This document shows positions 27,901 through 32,000 of a DNA stretch of 32,000 bases, one piece after another. The notes beneath the pieces are model-generated. The model was not told the origin of the DNA and did no database searches. It saw only the letters and a program-made list of their open reading frames with translations. Both the position numbers and the translations under genes were made by a program. The stretch is from Candidatus Pacearchaeota archaeon (GTDB lineage: Archaea > Nanobdellota > Nanobdellia > Pacearchaeales > UBA284), in assembly GCA_026016245.1 (NCBI GenBank), contig CP061211.1, positions 570,001 to 602,000 on the forward strand. Direction: 5' to 3'. Each line of letters starts with the position of its first letter. The stretch's first letter is position 1.

Positions 27901-29652
27901 ACTCCTCCTCATTTACATTTTGAAGTTAGGTTAAAAAGATATTCTGATGACAAGAATCCTTTATGTTTCTTTTCTGCTGCAACACTTTCAAAAGTGGATT
28001 TACCTCTCGGAAAATATGATGCTGAGGAATGCAAGAAAATCCAGAATGAATTCAAATTTGGAGTTGAAATAAAAGAAATAAGAGAATGCAAAAATATTCC
28101 TCTTAGAGACCAATGTTTATTACGAATAGATATATGTTATTGGGATTCTGCTGATTTAAAATGTAGGGGCTGTCCAGATAAATGTGAAGGTTCTAGAGAA
28201 AGTTTTTGGGATCCTTTTTGGAATGATCCTAATCTCATGTTCAAAACAAAAAATGATTGTGAGGATAATAATTGTGCTTTAGATTGTTTATGGTCAGATA
28301 AAGATAATAAATGTAAAAGTATAAGTGATGAATATGTTAGGGATAAAGTAAATAAAATAGATTTAATGACAGCTGATGAGATAAAAAAGCTAAAGGAAAT
28401 AGTTGAGAGAAATAAAAACAAGTTAAGTCAAGCAGATACATGGCTTAGTATTATAAATAGAAAACTTGCTGAGATTGAGCCGCAAATAACTGAAATTATT
28501 TTATATTCCTCTGTAAATAATGGAGATTTTGACAGAAGTAATAAATTGGTTGATTATGATGATAGAGTTGAGATTTGCGCTGTTCTGGAAATTGGAGGAA
28601 AGCTTTACTCTGGCAGGAGTTTAAGCACATCTATAAAGGGATATGAAGGTCCAAAACCTATATTCAGATGGTATAATATTATTCCTTATTATCAACCAGA
28701 GTATGGTGATTCAGGAGAGACTTATGAGTTGTATCTTTATGAAGGAGGAAGAAAAGATCTCTTGCAATATAGTCAACAACAAATTAGTGGTAATGATTGG
28801 TGTGTTTATGCTAATGGAAATGTAGGAACTTATCAGTATAGGGTTGAGACTGATGATTCTTCATCTTTAGGAAGAGCAGCTACATTAGCAGATAAGATTG
28901 AGTATGAGAGAAAATACATGAATTGGGGAATAAATTTTAACAAGTATGATGGTTACTGGCACACACTTTTACAACCAGCTGCTGTTAAGACTGCTGGCAT
29001 TAGTACAGATGTGCACAGAATAAGTAGAAAGTCAGATGCTAGGACTTGCATAGAAAAAGATTATAGCTATTATGATAAAAGATGTAGGTTTATTGCAACA
29101 CTAGAATCTTTTAAAAATGTTCCTTTTGCTTATGGATGTGCTTATTATGAAGATGAACAGAATAAGGTTGAACATCTGGCAAAGAATTTTGTTGCTATTG
29201 ATTGTATTAATTTAATGATTGGAGCTTTAGATTCTATGTATCCAGATACTTATGAGTTTTCACCAAAAATATATTTTGATGATTTTATAAGAGATTATAC
29301 AACAATTAAGTATGGAATAGAAAAATGGCCTCTAGAATCTGTTCTTGGAATTAATATGTTTTTTGATAAAGATGAAGAGCTTAATGTTGAACCAGGAGAT
29401 ATCTTGTTTGTGTGGAGAGAAGGTAAGGGTTATACACATACTTTTGTAATTTATGAAGATAAAGGAGAAAAAGGAATTTTTGATGAAGATGATATTATGG
29501 TTTATGCTAGTAGAAATTGTCCTGGAAGTGAGCCTAAGAATAAAGAAAGCAAGATACTATACAATGGCCAGCTATGTTATGCACCAATAGGAAGATACAA
29601 AGATGACCCTAACTTTAAATTTACTTTAGTAAAAATAAAAAATTTAGAATAA
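21964..29652 (+). CDS. Giant (2562 aa) secreted/surface Cys-rich protein with M23/LytM domain and candidate NlpC/P60-like domain
   Basis: Uninterrupted ORF; ATGA overlap with upstream gene. N-term hydrophobic signal [26 protein letters not shown]. Confidence 0.88.
   Translation: [2562 protein letters not shown]
27498..27950 (+). other. Peptidase M23 (LytM-like) domain within the giant ORF (approximate bounds)
   Basis: [10 protein letters not shown]...[13 protein letters not shown]...[61 protein letters not shown]; the HxxxD and HxH metal ligands are present. Confidence 0.88.
29095..29480 (+). other. Candidate NlpC/P60-like (papain-fold) domain near the C-terminus of the giant ORF
   Basis: NVPFAYG...[12 protein letters not shown]...[12 protein letters not shown]...[10 protein letters not shown] matches the order of NlpC/P60 motifs (PYxWGG, DCSGL, PGDLVFF, HVGIY). 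Cys codon at 29203, His codon at 29437. Confidence 0.5.
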
Positions 29653-29673
29653 AAATAAAATTTTTATTAATTT

Positions 29674-30072
29674 TTAGTAATCAATGTCAGGAGTGTAATT
29701 ATTAGATTGAGGAACATCTGATTGTGGCCATACTGGGCCTTTCTCTTCTTGTCTAGGTTGAACTGGTGGTTGATAAGGTGGAGTTGGTTGATATGATGTA
29801 TGTTCAGGATGTACTTTTTTGTATGCTTTTTCTACGTTTTCTTCCCAGATACCATGCATTTTACCAAATACTTCAAAAAGATCTTCTTTCTGTTCTATTA
29901 ATTCACTAACAGTAAGGTCATCAATTGTTCTGACAGCTTTAACAGGTTCTTTAGGTTCAGAAGCAGCTCCTTTATTTCCAAAAAGAAAATATCCAAAACT
30001 AAGAGTTGCAATAGCAGTTAGAGCATAAGGTAAAATCTTTTTTGCTTTTTTCTTTATTTCATAAGTATCCAT
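29674..30072 (-). CDS. Hypothetical single-TM protein with Pro-rich tail
   Basis: 132 aa; one TM near the N-term, PTPPYQPPVQPRQEEKGPVWPQ tail. Confidence 0.6.
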   Translation of the reverse strand: MDTYEIKKKAKKILPYALTAIATLSFGYFLFGNKGAASEPKEPVKAVRTIDDLTVSELIEQKEDLFEVFGKMHGIWEENVEKAYKKVHPEHTSYQPTPPYQPPVQPRQEEKGPVWPQSDVPQSNNYTPDIDY

Positions 30073-30168
30073 TTTGTTTCAACACCTCATGATTATATTT
30101 TTTATAAGAATAAGACCTTTTTAAATCTTTCGTTTGTAGTCACTAAGCAATGAAGACAAAATATAATA

Positions 30169-30252
30169 TGCGGGAGACAGGATTCGAACCTGCGTAGGGA
30201 CTAACCCACCAGGTCCTAAGCCTGGCCCGTTTGACCACTCCGGCACTCCCGC
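30169..30252 (-). tRNA. tRNA-Leu (anticodon TAG)
   Basis: Reverse complement GCGGGAG TG CCG...CCAGG CTTAGGA CCTGG TGGGTTAGTCCCTAC GCAGG TTCGAAT CCTGT CTCCCGC A, with long class II variable arm. Confidence 0.95.
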
Positions 30253-30326
30253 ATACTTTTTTAATGTATTAAGGATTTTTAAAATTATCGAGAATAAACA
30301 AGCTAAAATTTAGAAAATATTTGGAT

Positions 30327-30569
30327 TTAAGATGTTGCAGGTGCTGGAGAAATATAAGTTATTGTGTTTCCTCTGATAAATGCCAGTCCAATGTTTCTTT
30401 TGATCTCTCCTTTTTCTAGTTCTTTTGTATTGTCCAAAACAATATTAATGTGTATGTCAAAAGCTAGAAGTTTTCCAACAACTTGGCTACCATTTTCTAA
30501 GTTTACAAGTATCTCTTTTCCTTTTGACTGATTCAATAAATCCAAAGGTCTTTCGATTCCGTTAACCAT
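30327..30569 (-). CDS. Archaeal LSm/Sm-like small RNA-binding protein
   Basis: 80 aa; RPLDLLNQSKGKEILVNLENGSQVVGKLLAFDIHINIVLDNTKE (Sm1) and NIGLAFIRGNTITYISP (Sm2). Confidence 0.92.
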   Translation of the reverse strand: MVNGIERPLDLLNQSKGKEILVNLENGSQVVGKLLAFDIHINIVLDNTKELEKGEIKRNIGLAFIRGNTITYISPAPATS

Positions 30570-30666
30570 TTTGTTATTTCGCTTTTAAAGTTTTTAAATC
30601 TTTTGTTCTTCGTCGGAAAAAATTAATAAAAGAAAGTTATTTAAATATCCTACCTGTTTATTTTTC

Positions 30667-31041
30667 ATGACAACAAAACGGGGCAAAAAAATAAGTGGTG
30701 GAAGATATAGAAAGAGAAGGAAGAGAAAGGCATATGAGGCAGTGGCAAAACCCAGGGTAGTTTTATTGGGTGAAGAAAAAAAGAAGAAGATAAGAATAAC
30801 TGGTGGCAAAATAAAAATTATTTTATTAAGGACAAATAGGGTAAATGTGATGGATCCTAAGACACATAAAGCAAAGAGTGTACAGATAAAAAATGTTATT
30901 GATGTTCCTAGCAACAAGTTCCTTGCAAGAAAAAATATTTTGATGAAAGGGGCAGTGATAGATACAGAGGCAGGGAAAGCAAAAATAACAAACAGGCCAG
31001 GTCAGGAAGGTTGTGTGCAAGCTGTTCTTTTAAGTGATTAG
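30667..31041 (+). CDS. rps8e: 30S ribosomal protein S8e
   Basis: 124 aa; RGKKISGGRYRKRRKRKAYE...GGKIKIILLRTNRVNVMDPKTHKAK...ARKNILMKGAVIDTEAGKAKITNRPGQEG. Confidence 0.96.
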   Translation: MTTKRGKKISGGRYRKRRKRKAYEAVAKPRVVLLGEEKKKKIRITGGKIKIILLRTNRVNVMDPKTHKAKSVQIKNVIDVPSNKFLARKNILMKGAVIDTEAGKAKITNRPGQEGCVQAVLLSD

Positions 31042-31129
31042 AAAGTTTTAAAAAGCTGAATAGTAAGATTTATAAAGTTTTTTTCTTTTTATTTATAAAG
31101 CTTTTGTTATTATTTTAAGTGACAAAAAA

Positions 31130-32000
31130 ATGCCAACTCGATATATTAAAAAATGCCCAGAATGTGGTTCTGTTAATTTGATTTATGATGAACAAAAAGG
31201 TGAATTGATTTGTAGTAAATGCGGATTAGTTATTGAAGAGAAAATGATTGACCTTGGTCAGGAATGGAGGCAGTTTGAAGAAGGGGGGAAGAAAGGTAGA
31301 GGAGGAGCTCCTTTAAGTTTGCAGAAATTTGATCAAGGACTTACAACTAATGTTGGCGAGGTGAGTGATATTTATCAGCTTGGTTCTGAAAAAAGAATAA
31401 GGAAATTTTTCAGATTAAAGAAGTGGCAGGAGAGAGTAAGTACGAGCATTGAGAGGAATTTAAGATTAGCCATGGCTGAATTAAGAAGAGTGGCCTCATT
31501 TTTGAGCTTGCCAAATTTTGTTAAAGAGGAGGCTTCTAGAATTTACAATATTGTTTTACAAAGAGGACTTGTTAGAGGCAGGAGTATGGAGAGTGTGGTT
31601 TCTGCTTGTATTTATGCTGCTTGCCGTTCTTACAATATACCAAGAACATTGGATGAAATTTCAGCGGCAAGTGATGTTGAGAGGAAGGAGATTGGCAGGA
31701 CTTATAGATTTATTACAAGAAAACTCAAATTGAAGATAATCCCTAGTAATCCTAAAGACTATATCTCAAGATTTGCTAGCATTCTTCATTTATCGCCTAA
31801 AACCCAGAATGATTCCCTGAAAATTCTAAAGAAAGCTGAAGCTTCTGAGCTTACAAGTGGGAGAGGCCCAGCAGGAATCGCAGCTGCTGCATTATATGTT
31901 TCTGCTTTGTTAAATGATGAAAAGAAAACACAAAGAGAGGTGGCTGATGTTGCTGGCATTACAGAAGTTACAATTAGGAATCGTTACAAAGAGCTGCTTG
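31130..32000 (+). CDS. tfb: Transcription initiation factor B (TFB/TFIIB), 3' end outside the window
   Basis: Manual translation MPTRYIKKCPECGSVNLIYDEQKGELICSKCGLVIEEKMIDLGQEWRQFEE, then cyclin-like repeats ending ...EVTIRNRYKELL. Absent from the ORF track because it is open at the edge. Confidence 0.95.
   Translation, partial: MPTRYIKKCPECGSVNLIYDEQKGELICSKCGLVIEEKMIDLGQEWRQFEEGGKKGRGGAPLSLQKFDQGLTTNVGEVSDIYQLGSEKRIRKFFRLKKWQERVSTSIERNLRLAMAELRRVASFLSLPNFVKEEASRIYNIVLQRGLVRGRSMESVVSACIYAACRSYNIPRTLDEISAASDVERKEIGRTYRFITRKLKLKIIPSNPKDYISRFASILHLSPKTQNDSLKILKKAEASELTSGRGPAGIAAAALYVSALLNDEKKTQREVADVAGITEVTIRNRYKELL

Noticed and set aside
22030-28825. Numerous minus-strand ORFs and an alternate-frame plus ORF within the giant gene
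   Set aside because: Small, non-conserved-looking frames inside a single uninterrupted 2562-codon ORF. No evidence for nested genes.
30594-31020. Minus-strand ORFs 30594-30917 and 30826-31020
   Set aside because: They are antisense to the conserved S8e gene.
31518-31733. Plus-strand 71-aa ORF
   Set aside because: It is an alternate frame inside the TFB gene, which continues to the window edge.
1-32000. CRISPR arrays, transposons, rRNA, SRP RNA
   Set aside because: No regular repeat-spacer pattern, transposase-like ORF or recognisable rRNA/7S segment was found by eye. A covariance-model scan would be needed to exclude SRP RNA or C/D-box sRNAs.

Overview
The window looks archaeal. Evidence: TFB, LSm/Sm, L44e, S3Ae and S8e, SRP54 plus FtsY, a GINS-like protein, and an intron-containing tRNA-Thr. 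The low GC, tiny intergenic gaps and many KKAQ/NKRG-type N-termini suggest a DPANN lineage such as Pacearchaeota or Woesearchaeota, but that is inference. Main blocks: (i) 1-4490, a type IV pilus-like locus with a tandem T2SSF/FlaJ-TadC-like platform protein and a run of five small one-TM proteins, three of them missing or incomplete in the supplied ORF track; (ii) 4628-6542, a PRC-barrel protein followed by three tandem divergent copies of one small multi-TM family; (iii) 6562-11828, SRP54 and FtsY flanking a COG1361-like/ABC exporter cassette; (iv) 11840-15401, phosphoglycerate mutase, GINS, a frameshifted winged-HTH ORF, L44e, S3Ae and GT2; (v) 15556-18080, a VapBC-like module with a 9-bp direct repeat array upstream, and a bacterial-type RecJ; (vi) 18232-19995, tRNA-Thr (50-nt intron), a LMW-PTP-like protein, small ORFs, tRNA-Val and a DUF4870/Tic20-like protein; (vii) 20099-29652, a 9.5-kb translationally coupled pair consisting of a pilin-signal exoprotein and a 2562-aa Cys-rich secreted protein with an M23/LytM domain and a candidate NlpC/P60-like domain near its C-terminus; (viii) tRNA-Leu, LSm, S8e and TFB. 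The strongest candidate for an undescribed system is (vii). The triplet membrane family in (ii) and the small pilin-like array in (i) come next. No CRISPR array, rRNA or transposon was recognised.
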